DNA of 47,350 bases from a bacterium (GTDB lineage Bacteria > UBA6262 > WVXT01), in assembly GCA_046759165.1 (NCBI GenBank), contig JBHIBS010000013.1, forward strand, positions 1 to 47,350. Reading direction: 5' to 3'. How positions within the stretch are numbered: position 1 is the stretch's first letter; every line of letters begins with the position of its first letter. The position numbers and the translations under genes are program-made. The notes below the pieces were generated by a model that was given only the letters and a program-made list of their open reading frames with translations, was not told the origin of the DNA and did not search any database. Shown piece by piece: positions 11,630 through 20,755 of this stretch.

Positions 11630-12097
11630 CTATTCCATCATGGATACCAGATTTACCATTTCGATTGCACTCAATGCTACATGGGACCCTTTATTGCCAG
11701 CCTTGGTTCCCGCCCTCTCGATAGCTTGCTCCAGATTATCGGCAGTGATTATGCCGAACAGCGTCGGCACCCCTGTGGAGAAAGAAGTCTGGGCTATGCC
11801 TTTGGCCACCTGGCTTGCAATATAATCGAAATGGGGTGTGTCACCTCTTATCACTGCTCCCAAACACAATATCGCATCATACCTCTTGCTCAGTGCCATC
11901 TTCCTTGCTATGCAAGGAATTTCAAAAGAACCTGGAACCCAAAAAATTTCGATCCGCTCTTCATCAGCATCATGTCGCCTCAAAACGTCCAGGGCCCCGT
12001 CCAGAAGTTTCTGACTGATAAACTCATTAAACCTGGAAACTACAATCCCAAAATTCTTCCCTTTCGCCACCATCTTTCCTGCATGAACTTTCGCCAT
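11630..12097 (-). CDS. ribH: 6,7-dimethyl-8-ribityllumazine synthase
   Basis: [51 protein letters not shown]. Confidence 0.98.
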   Translation of the reverse strand: MAKVHAGKMVAKGKNFGIVVSRFNEFISQKLLDGALDVLRRHDADEERIEIFWVPGSFEIPCIARKMALSKRYDAILCLGAVIRGDTPHFDYIASQVAKGIAQTSFSTGVPTLFGIITADNLEQAIERAGTKAGNKGSHVALSAIEMVNLVSMME

Positions 12098-12121
12098 TTC
12101 CATCCTCCTTTTATTATTTTA

Positions 12122-12148
12122 TTTCCTCTCCCCTATGGGGAGAGGGAA
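12122..12148. repeat. CCTCTCCCC/GGGGAGAGG palindrome between ribBA and ribH
   Basis: tttcctctcccc-tat-ggggagagggaa; no U-tract in the transcribed (minus) direction. Confidence 0.6.
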
Positions 12149-12158
12149 CTATCTTACA

Positions 12159-13358
12159 TTACACTTCCAGCATGTGTCCCAACTTCTTCTTCTTAACCCG
12201 AAGGTACTTCTGGTTTACCCTGGTGGGTCTTATTTCAAGGGGGATCCTCTTCGTTACCTTCAATCCATGGCCTTCTATTCCCACAATCTTACGGGGATTA
12301 TTGGTTAGCAGGACTATGTTGCAAAGCCCCAAGTCTGCGAGTATCTGAGCACCAATGCCATAATCCCTCAAATCTGGTTTAAAACCCAAAACTTTGTTAG
12401 CCTCTACAGTATCTAAACCTTTATCTTGCAATTCATATGCCTTTACTTTGTTCACCAATCCAATACCCCTCCCCTCCTGATGCATATACAATATGACACC
12501 TTGGCCTTTTCTTTCAATTATCTCCATTGCTCGATGTAACTGGGAACCGCAATCGCACCTTAGGGAATGAAGAATATCCCCGGTTAAACAGGAGGAGTGG
12601 ACTCTCACCAGGACGTTCTTCTTGCCCTTCACTTCTCCCTTTACCAGAGCGAGATGATGCTCATTATCCAGAACGGACTCGTAGAGGATTATCTTAAATT
12701 CGCCAAATTCTGTAGGCAATCTGGCCGTAGCCACCCTGTTTATGAATTTCTCTGTTCTCCTCCGATACTCAATCAAGTCAGCAATGGTGATAATGGCCAA
12801 CCTATGCTTTTTAGCGAAGCGGAAAAGTTCAGGCGTCCTGGCCATTCTACCATCTTCGTGCATTATCTCACAAATTACCCCGGCAGGATAAAAACCTGCC
12901 AACTTCGCCAGGTCCACAGCAGCCTCAGTATGACCTGCCCGCACCAGAACACCCCCTTCTCGATAGCGGAGAGGAAAGATATGTCCAGGACTGCAAAGAT
13001 GGGAAGGTTTGGTCTTAGGGTCAATTACTGTTTTCACTGTAGTCGCTCGGTCGTGAGCCGAAATTCCTGTAGTCGTGCCTTTCCTGGCATCAACAGAAAC
13101 TGTAAATGCTGCCTCACGTAACTCCACTCCATTGGCCACCATAGGCTTAATTCCCAGCTTATCCAACCTTTCCCCAACAATTGGCAGACAGACCAATCCC
13201 CGACCATATTTGGCCATGAAATTTATTGCCTCAGAAGTCACTTTCGATGCTGCCATGATCAGGTCGCCTTCATTCTCCCTTTCCTTATCATCAATCACAA
13301 TGGCCATTTTACCTTTTCTAATATCTTCTATCGCTTTAGGAATTGTGTTAAACTTCAT
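12159..13358 (-). CDS. ribBA: Bifunctional DHBP synthase / GTP cyclohydrolase II
   Basis: DDKERENEGD, RAGHTEA, RVHSSCLTGD..SLRCDCG, QEGRGIGL, LLTNNPRK. Confidence 0.98.
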   Translation of the reverse strand: MKFNTIPKAIEDIRKGKMAIVIDDKERENEGDLIMAASKVTSEAINFMAKYGRGLVCLPIVGERLDKLGIKPMVANGVELREAAFTVSVDARKGTTTGISAHDRATTVKTVIDPKTKPSHLCSPGHIFPLRYREGGVLVRAGHTEAAVDLAKLAGFYPAGVICEIMHEDGRMARTPELFRFAKKHRLAIITIADLIEYRRRTEKFINRVATARLPTEFGEFKIILYESVLDNEHHLALVKGEVKGKKNVLVRVHSSCLTGDILHSLRCDCGSQLHRAMEIIERKGQGVILYMHQEGRGIGLVNKVKAYELQDKGLDTVEANKVLGFKPDLRDYGIGAQILADLGLCNIVLLTNNPRKIVGIEGHGLKVTKRIPLEIRPTRVNQKYLRVKKKKLGHMLEV

Positions 13359-13993
13359 AGAAATCCCTTCCTTGACAGAAATTCCCTGCTTATACCAGCT
13401 TTCTCATTTCCTTTATTAATTAGATTCTCAACATATCTTGCTAAAATGTCCACTTCAATATTTACCGAATCGTTCACTTTCAGAAGACCAAAAGTTGTAA
13501 CCCTCTCGGTGTGGGGAATAATAGAGACAGAGAAACCTGCCCCATCCATTACTCGAACTACAGTCAAACTGACTCCATCTACACCAATTGAGCCTTTTGG
13601 CGCAATATATTTCAAAATTTCTGGAGAAGTTGCAATTTCGAAAAGCTTCCCACCTTTCTCTCTTACGATTGTTCTTACCTTTCCCAGACCATCTACATGC
13701 CCGCTGAGTAGATGTCCTCCCAGGCGTTCTCCTAATTTCAGGGCCCTCTCCAGATTTACTCTGCTTCCATTCCTTAAAGCGCCAAGCGTTGTACTCTTAA
13801 GAGTCTGGGGAGATAGATCTGCAGTGAAACTTCCAGATGGTCTGAGATTCTGGCTGCCCGCGACTGTAAGGCAGACACCATTGACAGAAATGGACTCGCC
13901 CACCTTTAAATCCTTCCATTCAGTTTCTATACTAATTCTATTCTGATTCTTCTTTACTACTGTCCCCATCTTCTCGATTATTCCAGTAAACAT
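13355..13993 (-). CDS. ribE: Riboflavin synthase alpha chain
   Basis: MFTGII, SISVNGVCLTV, VNLERAL, GGHLLSGHVDG, KGSIGVDGVSLTV. Confidence 0.97.
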   Translation of the reverse strand: MFTGIIEKMGTVVKKNQNRISIETEWKDLKVGESISVNGVCLTVAGSQNLRPSGSFTADLSPQTLKSTTLGALRNGSRVNLERALKLGERLGGHLLSGHVDGLGKVRTIVREKGGKLFEIATSPEILKYIAPKGSIGVDGVSLTVVRVMDGAGFSVSIIPHTERVTTFGLLKVNDSVNIEVDILARYVENLINKGNEKAGISREFLSRKGFL

Positions 13994-14017
13994 CTCTTCC
14001 CTTTCTTTCGAACCAAC

Positions 14018-15124
14018 TCAGGTCTTCTTAACATATCCTTCAAATAGAATATCATTCCCGAATCTCTTCACCTTGATATCTTTCAATTTTATAGCCTCTC
14101 CAATCTTATTTACTCCCTCTCCTTCCACCGGGGTAATGGAATTCTCTCCACCAACAATTTTTGGGGCGATGAAGAAGAGAAGCTTATCCACCAATCCCAT
14201 CTCTAATGCCGAGGCGTTAACTTTACCTCCTCCCTCGATGAGGATAGAAGTAATTCCGTTTCTAGCCAATTTTTTGATTAGATGCCTCAGGTCAAGCCCT
14301 CTTCGGGGATGTTTTCTCCATCTCGGTATTCGCAGGACTTCAATACCTCTGCCTTCCAAACTCTCTATTCTCTTCTTATTTGCATCTTTCTGGGTGGCCA
14401 CTATGGTGGGAGCCCGAGAATTGAGCACCCGGGCACCTAAAGGAATTCTTAGGTGGCTATCCAGGACTACCCTGATAGGTCTCTTTCCAGAACGGCTACT
14501 CAAAAGTCCAGGGTTATCCTGTAGAACAGTATCTATTCCTACTAGGATAGCATCGACCTGGCTACGTAGCGTTCTGGCATATTTTCGAGATGCTTCGCTC
14601 GTAATCCATTTGGAGTCTCCGCTTGGCGTAGCTATTTTCCCGTCCACAGACATTGCCGATTTCAGAACTACAAAGGGTATTCCTCGGGTGATATATTTTA
14701 TGTAAGGCTCATTCAGTTTAGCACATTCCTCACCTAAGACTCCTAACTTTATCTTAATTCCTCTTGCTTTCAGTTCCCTTAATCCTTCTCCATTTACCAG
14801 AGGATTGGGATCAACCATTCCCACAACAACCTCTTTAACTCCTGCCTCGATAATTGCTTCACTACACGGTGGGGTCTTGCCATAATGGCAGCAAGGCTCT
14901 AAATTAATATACATGGTAGAGCCTTTGGCTTTCGTCCCTGCTTCCCTCAAAACATTGATTTCAGCATGGGGTCCCCCAAAACATTGGTGATACCCACTGG
15001 AGATAATCTTACCCTTCTTAACCAGAACACAGCCAACTTGAGGATTGGGGCTCACCCTGAATGAGCCTTTTCTGGCAAGGGCTATTGCCTTCTTCATAAA
15101 CTGTAATTGACTTTCACACTTCAT
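14018..15124 (-). CDS. ribD: Pyrimidine deaminase/reductase RibD
   Basis: PNPQVG, HAE, LEPCCHYGKTPPC, SVDGKIAT, IEGGG. Confidence 0.98.
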   Translation of the reverse strand: MKCESQLQFMKKAIALARKGSFRVSPNPQVGCVLVKKGKIISSGYHQCFGGPHAEINVLREAGTKAKGSTMYINLEPCCHYGKTPPCSEAIIEAGVKEVVVGMVDPNPLVNGEGLRELKARGIKIKLGVLGEECAKLNEPYIKYITRGIPFVVLKSAMSVDGKIATPSGDSKWITSEASRKYARTLRSQVDAILVGIDTVLQDNPGLLSSRSGKRPIRVVLDSHLRIPLGARVLNSRAPTIVATQKDANKKRIESLEGRGIEVLRIPRWRKHPRRGLDLRHLIKKLARNGITSILIEGGGKVNASALEMGLVDKLLFFIAPKIVGGENSITPVEGEGVNKIGEAIKLKDIKVKRFGNDILFEGYVKKT

Positions 15125-15136
15125 CTTCGTCTGAGT

Positions 15137-15167
15137 AAAAAAAACCCGAAGAAAATTTCTTCGGGAT
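15137..15167 (-). terminator. Intrinsic terminator, expression platform of the FMN riboswitch
   Basis: Minus: CCCGAAGA-AATTT-TCTTCGGG followed by T8; its 5' arm ATCCCGAAGA is complementary to the aptamer 5' end TCTTCGGGAT (antiterminator). Confidence 0.88.
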
Positions 15168-15228
15168 ATTTCGTTTTACTTGAGTGAGGGATGTCTCTAC
15201 ATTATCTATTGATTAGATTCCTTACTGA

Positions 15229-15346
15229 AATCTTCTCCCATCCGGACTTTAACCGTCGGTACTGTAATTTCAACAGTTCGATCCTTATGTTACAGGGGTC
15301 GTGGACTTTCACCACCGATCGGGAATTTCACCCTATCCCGAAGACT
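15229..15346 (-). ncRNA. FMN riboswitch (RFN element)
   Basis: Minus: AGTCTTCGGGATAGGGTGAAATTCCCGATCGGTGGTGAAAGTCCACGA...ACCGACGGTTAAAGTCCGGATGGGAGAAGA, upstream of ribD. Confidence 0.97.
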
Positions 15347-15356
15347 TCTCATTAAT

Positions 15357-15385
15357 AAATTAACAAATATAGTAAATTTTGTCAA
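15357..15385 (-). promoter_or_regulatory. Sigma70-type promoter of the rib operon
   Basis: TTGACA-17 nt-TAATTT with extended TG, about 10 nt before the aptamer. Confidence 0.75.
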
Positions 15386-15405
15386 GAAATTTCTATGGGC
15401 CCCGG

Positions 15406-16146
15406 CTATCTGCCGTAGGCAAGTCTCAGAGCAAGAGCCGTGGGAAGCCCCGCACTTAAAATTTCTTCCTGAGTCTTGGCAATGTCGTACTCTATCCTTT
15501 TTATTCTGAGAGTATTCGTCTCTTCATCGTAGATTCCGCAGCTCACCCTTGGATCGCCATCCCTGGGTTGACCAACGCTTCCGCAATTTATGAGATACTT
15601 ATAGGATGGATTTATTTCCAAAACCGTTCCATCGTCGAGGGAAATTCTGCCAATCTCTTGTGAGGATGTCGTGTAGAAACATATAGGAACATGTGTGTGT
15701 CCTACAAAACAGATATTCTTCTTTATTCTGGGAAGATTTGCCAAGAAAGTTTCCTCCTCAAAGATGTATTCATTGATGGGGTCCCTAGGGCTTCCATGGA
15801 CGAGCATAAAATTATTTTCCTCTATCTCCGAGCCGAGGTTTCTGAGGTAATTCCCATTATCTCCAGTCAAATGGCGTCCAGTCCATTCTACCGCTGCCAG
15901 GGCAATGGGATTAAAGAAACTGGTATCTTCCAAACCAATAGCTCCCCAGTCGTGATTGCCAGCGACTGTGTAGCAATTCTCCAGCTCGCGAATAATTTCC
16001 GTGCACTCATTGGGCCTCGCTCCATATCCAACGATGTCTCCACAACAGATAAATCTATTTATCTTTCCCACGCCTTTTAAGTAATCCAGGACTACATTCA
16101 ATGCTTCGAGATTGCCGTGAATATCGGAAATGATGCCATATTTCAT
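15406..16146 (-). CDS. Calcineurin-like metallophosphoesterase
   Basis: ISDIHGN, GDIVGYG, GNHD, HGSP, GHTH, NCGSVGQPRDGDPR. Confidence 0.93.
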   Translation of the reverse strand: MKYGIISDIHGNLEALNVVLDYLKGVGKINRFICCGDIVGYGARPNECTEIIRELENCYTVAGNHDWGAIGLEDTSFFNPIALAAVEWTGRHLTGDNGNYLRNLGSEIEENNFMLVHGSPRDPINEYIFEEETFLANLPRIKKNICFVGHTHVPICFYTTSSQEIGRISLDDGTVLEINPSYKYLINCGSVGQPRDGDPRVSCGIYDEETNTLRIKRIEYDIAKTQEEILSAGLPTALALRLAYGR

Positions 16147-16155
16147 ATCGATAAA

Positions 16156-16889
16156 CTACCTTCTCATTTCTGTTTGATTACTTTCCATACAAAACATAAT
16201 AACCCTGGCCGCCGACAACCGCCAAGATTCCTGAAGCAAGCGGTAAGTCCGCCCAAAACCTCTCTAGCAAAGCCATCCGGGTGCTCTCCTTAACCTTCCA
16301 GAAATCACGTCCAGGCTACCCCCAATCTTCTTACAAACGGGAACGTTTAGCTCCTGTAGGTTCTCGTGGATCCACTTTCTCCATGAGGTGTACCAATCCA
16401 TAGAAATAAGAAGTCGGGTTTGAGATTCCTAATTTCTTTTAAGATTCTATCGTCTTCGCTCTGTCCAAAATATCCATTGTGCGTCCCCACAATTCTTAGC
16501 CCAGGAAACTTTTTCTCTAGATTTTCCGCTGCCTTCTTTAATACAAATTACGCCAGCCTAACAAATATACAGGGTAGCCTGTCGAAGATGCCAGTCTACA
16601 AAATTTCAACATTAAGTCTATGCCCGGTATGTGAGCAACTTTTCCGCAGGCCAGAAACTCTGAAGCCCAGACAATACCTATGCTATCGGGAAGCACGAGG
16701 TCGGCGTTATGGGAAGCTTCCTTCGATTCAGGGTCTCTTTCTACAGAGTTGACCATCAAAGAATTGGCTCTAATTATCTGTCGGTCTTTTTTGCCTTTTC
16801 AGTTCTGATGAATTCTTCCACAACTTTAACTGCTCTATCCCATTCCAGATTGTCAATAAATATACCTGACATTTTCATCCTTCGATCAT
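16156..16889 (-). pseudogene. Degraded WecG/TagA/CpsF-family glycosyltransferase
   Basis: Fragments in shifting frames: GIFIDNL, ADLVLPDSIGIVWAS, IPGIDL, VYLLG, FPGLRIVGTHNGYF, KWIHENL, GGSLDVISGRLRRAP; frameshifts near 16785, 16550 and 16375 plus an in-frame TAG at 16264-16266. Confidence 0.85.
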
Positions 16890-16937
16890 AACCAGAAAGG
16901 TATTCCCTTGGGCACGTTCACTACCATCAATCTACCT

Positions 16938-16991
16938 GTCTGGAGTCCTCCCGAAAAGGAGGCATAAGTGGAAACCCCGATGAAATTGGGG
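16938..16991. repeat. Palindromic repeats downstream of smc
   Basis: GTCTGGAGTCCTCCCGAAA (18/19 identical to 34688-34706) and ccccgatgaaattgggg hairpin. Confidence 0.5.
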
Positions 16992-17020
16992 AAACCCAGA
17001 GTAGGGATCGGGTTCGCTTT

Positions 17021-20000
17021 TTAGGCGGGGCTCGGCTTTTGGAATTTTACTGAGATGAGTCTGGAGACACCAAACTCTTCCATGGTAATTCCATAAAGGA
17101 CGTCGGACATCTCCATGGTCTTCTTGTTGTGGGTTACAATGATGAACTGCGCTTTATTTACAAATTCTTTTAATAGCCTAGTGAACCTCTGCAGGTTGGC
17201 ATCATCCAGGGCAGCATCGACCTCATCAAGGACGCAAAAAGGGGAGAGCTTAACCATGAAAAGAGCAAATAAAAGTGCAATGGCACAGAGGGCTTTTTCT
17301 CCTCCTGATAAGAGGGATATGTTCTGAAGTCTCTTGCCTGGCGGTTGCGCAACAATATCGACTCCTGTTTCCAATAAATCGGCTTCATTTGTGAGGACTA
17401 GGTCGGCTTCTCCTCCTTCGAAGAGCTGCGTAAATATTTTCTGGAAACTCTTCCGAACGTTCGTGAATGTTTTCTTCAAATTTGCACGGGTAGTTCCATC
17501 AATTTTGCTTATAACTTTGCGAAGATCTTCCGACGACTTAATTAAGTCATCCTCCTGACTCTTGAGAAATTTGTAACGCTCCTCAAGCTTTTCATACTCT
17601 TCAGGAGCACCGAGGTTAACGGGCCCCATTGTCTCAATCCTGCGTTTCAACTTTTCTATATCCATCATATAATCTTCTGAAGTATAAGAAGACTGGGGAA
17701 CCATTCGGAGAGCTTCATCTAAAGAAAGATTGAATTTTTCCCGCAGCCTTTCATTAATTCGATTCAGTTCCAGAGATAGGTGGTTACTATTTATCCTTTC
17801 TTGTGTCAAATCGGTTTGAATCCTCGATAGTTCACTCTTCTTCTGTTCCAAAATAGTCTCTTCTTCCTGCATCTTCTGATTAATCTTTTCTTTCTCCTCT
17901 TGTAACCTTTTTATCTCTATCTCGAGATTATTTTTTGATTGCGAAAGAGACGATATCTCTTTTTCTCCGGAAAGCTTTACCTTTTCTATACCAATTGCTT
18001 TACTTTCCAGATTAGCCAATGCCTCTTTCCTCTGATCAATCAGATTCAACAAGTCTTCTCTCTCATTTCCAAGGTGTGATTTTTCAGATTGTAGAGTAAG
18101 CTCTTTTTCCTTAAGCTGCGTCTTGAGTATCTTGAACTTAACCAGCTTCTCTTTTTCCTCTTTCGCCTGTTCAGCCACAGAATTGTGGTCCTTTTCCAAT
18201 TCTTCTATTATTTCCTGGACATCTTTCTGTGATGTCTCGCCCACTTTCAGGTGTTTCGATACTTGTTCAAAATCGGTGCCGATGGTAGATATGTCCTTTT
18301 CCATGATACTTTGTTCATCGATGAGAAGGCTAATTTCAGAATCGAGCCTTTTCTTAAGCTCTTCCTTCTGCGAAATCACCTCTCCCAGCTGAGCAATACT
18401 AATCTGAGCCTTCTGAGAGAGAGCGCTATTTCTCTCCAGCTGGCTACTTAAGTCAGATATTTTCTCTTCTAATTTTGATCTTTCGGCAATTGTTTCATCC
18501 AATTCTTCCTTTAATTGAGAAACTTCTTTCTCTAATTTCTTAACTTTCTTACCTCGAATCAAAATATCCTCCTCTGGGGACTCCCAACTGCCACCCGAAA
18601 GAATTCCCGAAGTCGTTAAGATATCTCCCTCTTTTGTGACATAAACTATTTCCTTTTTCATTGTTTGCTTTCGACTTTTTTCCTCCTCGCGACTTCCCAT
18701 TTCAATTCGGTCGAGCTGGTCTAGGCTATCCACCAAAAAAACGTTGCCCAGAAGGAATTCCATCACTTTCTGATACTTCTTTTCATATCCCACCTTCTCC
18801 AATAGTGGTGCACCTGTAACATCCCGGGGGGGTACTGGGCCGGGATTTAAGGTGGGTAATTCCTTTATAGGAAGAAAGGCAAGGTAACCTCTCTTCTCTT
18901 TTTTTAGATATTTTATCACTCTTAAAGCACTCCCGGTATGTTCACAAATAAGATATTGTAGGCGTTCACCAAGAACTCTTTTCATGACTGCTTCATATTC
19001 GGGAGGAAAACTCAATAGACTGGCCACAGTCCCGTATATACCGGGGAATCTTCTGGATAATACCTCTTCCAATAAAGCTTCCTTTCGACTCAACTCGCTT
19101 GAGGATTGAAAAAGTGATAACTTAAGACTATATTTTTGTTGTAATTCATTAGCCCTATTCACCGTCTCTTTAAGACTCCTCACAAGAGACTCTCTTTCTT
19201 TGACTAAAAGATTGTTCCCCTTGTCTATCTTTGTCAGCCTCTCTTTTTCCCTTTCCATTTCCTCTTTTTTGCTGGAAATTTCTCCTTCCAAAATTTCGCT
19301 CTCTTGACACTTACGCTTCTGTTCAGTCCTTAACTTCGCCTTTCCTGAAAGTAGGCTCTTTCTATCCAATTCTAAACTGATTAACCGATTCCGAGTCTGA
19401 GCTGTTCTATTCATCAGGTCCACCAGAGCTTCTTTTCTGTCCTCAAGAGAACCACCCAAATGAATGAGTCTCTCTGTAAGTGCCCGAAGAATTTCTTCCT
19501 TGGAAGAGAGGGTGGTGTCGATCTCTTCAAGCTGTTTGGCTAATTTCTCCCAGTCTTTTTCTGTTTGAGAAATCTTTTCATCCAGTACGGTAATTTTATT
19601 ATTACCATTTTCTATCTGTTCCCTCAGTTGCGCTCTTTCTCCTTCTATCTCTTCCTTCCTTTCCTTTCCCAAAAGGAGCCTATCCTCAAATCGGCTAATT
19701 TCAGTGGAGACTGAAAATACTTCTTTCTGAGTTTTCATTAGCTTTTGTTCGCTCTCCCTTAATTGGGTTCGAAGTTGCAAGGTTGAATCCTCTTTTTCTT
19801 TACACTCACTACTTAGCCTCTCCACCTGAGAGGAAAGGGAATCCAAATTTTCTTTTCCTTGGGTGAACTTTTCCTTTAATTTCGTGTAGTTTTCTAAGAG
19901 CCGTCTTATTTCGAGAAGCTTGAGTTCCTCTCTATATTTTTGGTACTGGCGTGCTTTTCTCGCCTGATAATCGAGTGAATTGATCTGCCTCTTCACTTCA

Positions 20001-20587
20001 CCTATTATGTCTGACAATCTCAAAAGATTTGCCTGTGTGCTTTCCAGTTTGCGAAGCGCTTCTTCTTTTCTCCATTTGTATTTCATTATCCCCGCTACCT
20101 CTTCAAAGATTGTTCGGCGCTCCTCTGGCTTACTGTTGAGGATGAAATTGATCTTGTTCTCTTCCATCAAAGAGTAAGTATCCGTCCCCATCCCTGTATC
20201 TAAGAATAGCTCAGTTATGTCTTTAAGGCGGCATGGAGACTTGTTAATGTAGTATTCGGATTCTCCGGAACGAAACAGCCGGCGAGTAATAGTAACTTCT
20301 CGGTACTCAATCGGTAGGATATTTTGCGAGTTGTCTAAACTGAGAGAAACCTCAGCTATCCCTAAGGGCTTACGCGTACGGGAACCACTAAAAATAATAT
20401 CTTCCATCCTGTGAGCACGGAGCTGCTTGGCACTCTGTTCTCCCAGAACCCATCGTATCGCATCGATAATATTGGTTTTTCCACAACCATTGGGGCCAAC
20501 GATACAGGTAATTCCCGATTCGAAATCTACAGTAATCTTATCAGCAAAAGATTTAAACCCAAATATTTCCAGCTTCTTAAAATACAA
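17021..20587 (-). CDS. smc: Chromosome partition protein SMC
   Basis: GFKSF, GPNGCGKTN Walker A, long coiled coils with hinge, LSGGEK, LDEVDAALD; TTG start with GGAG. Confidence 0.98.
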   Translation of the reverse strand: MYFKKLEIFGFKSFADKITVDFESGITCIVGPNGCGKTNIIDAIRWVLGEQSAKQLRAHRMEDIIFSGSRTRKPLGIAEVSLSLDNSQNILPIEYREVTITRRLFRSGESEYYINKSPCRLKDITELFLDTGMGTDTYSLMEENKINFILNSKPEERRTIFEEVAGIMKYKWRKEEALRKLESTQANLLRLSDIIGEVKRQINSLDYQARKARQYQKYREELKLLEIRRLLENYTKLKEKFTQGKENLDSLSSQVERLSSECKEKEDSTLQLRTQLRESEQKLMKTQKEVFSVSTEISRFEDRLLLGKERKEEIEGERAQLREQIENGNNKITVLDEKISQTEKDWEKLAKQLEEIDTTLSSKEEILRALTERLIHLGGSLEDRKEALVDLMNRTAQTRNRLISLELDRKSLLSGKAKLRTEQKRKCQESEILEGEISSKKEEMEREKERLTKIDKGNNLLVKERESLVRSLKETVNRANELQQKYSLKLSLFQSSSELSRKEALLEEVLSRRFPGIYGTVASLLSFPPEYEAVMKRVLGERLQYLICEHTGSALRVIKYLKKEKRGYLAFLPIKELPTLNPGPVPPRDVTGAPLLEKVGYEKKYQKVMEFLLGNVFLVDSLDQLDRIEMGSREEEKSRKQTMKKEIVYVTKEGDILTTSGILSGGSWESPEEDILIRGKKVKKLEKEVSQLKEELDETIAERSKLEEKISDLSSQLERNSALSQKAQISIAQLGEVISQKEELKKRLDSEISLLIDEQSIMEKDISTIGTDFEQVSKHLKVGETSQKDVQEIIEELEKDHNSVAEQAKEEKEKLVKFKILKTQLKEKELTLQSEKSHLGNEREDLLNLIDQRKEALANLESKAIGIEKVKLSGEKEISSLSQSKNNLEIEIKRLQEEKEKINQKMQEEETILEQKKSELSRIQTDLTQERINSNHLSLELNRINERLREKFNLSLDEALRMVPQSSYTSEDYMMDIEKLKRRIETMGPVNLGAPEEYEKLEERYKFLKSQEDDLIKSSEDLRKVISKIDGTTRANLKKTFTNVRKSFQKIFTQLFEGGEADLVLTNEADLLETGVDIVAQPPGKRLQNISLLSGGEKALCAIALLFALFMVKLSPFCVLDEVDAALDDANLQRFTRLLKEFVNKAQFIIVTHNKKTMEMSDVLYGITMEEFGVSRLISVKFQKPSPA

Positions 20588-20669
20588 TCGAATCTCCAGT
20601 TAAGAAATTGACATTGCGTGTGATTTATTACGCAGAACTTCACTTTGCCACTAGATTTTTTATTAAATA

Positions 20670-20698
20670 AATATATCAAAATAGTCTTAAATTATCAA
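20670..20698 (-). promoter_or_regulatory. Probable sigma70 promoter of smc
   Basis: TTGATA-17 nt-TATATT with extended TG. Confidence 0.6.
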
Positions 20699-20755
20699 GA
20701 AAAAAATGGCGTAAAATGGAGGGGAAGGGAAAGATAGATCTGGAGAACAGCTATT

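Noticed and set aside
12122-12148. Rho-independent terminator between ribBA and ribH
   Set aside because: Followed by an A-rich rather than U-rich tract in the transcribed direction.
16156-16889. Programmed frameshift or stop-codon readthrough
   Set aside because: Several independent lesions plus substitutions in conserved motifs indicate decay.
20588-20660. Regulatory RNA in the smc leader (TGCGT..ACGCA)
   Set aside because: Only a 5-bp stem, no recognisable motif.
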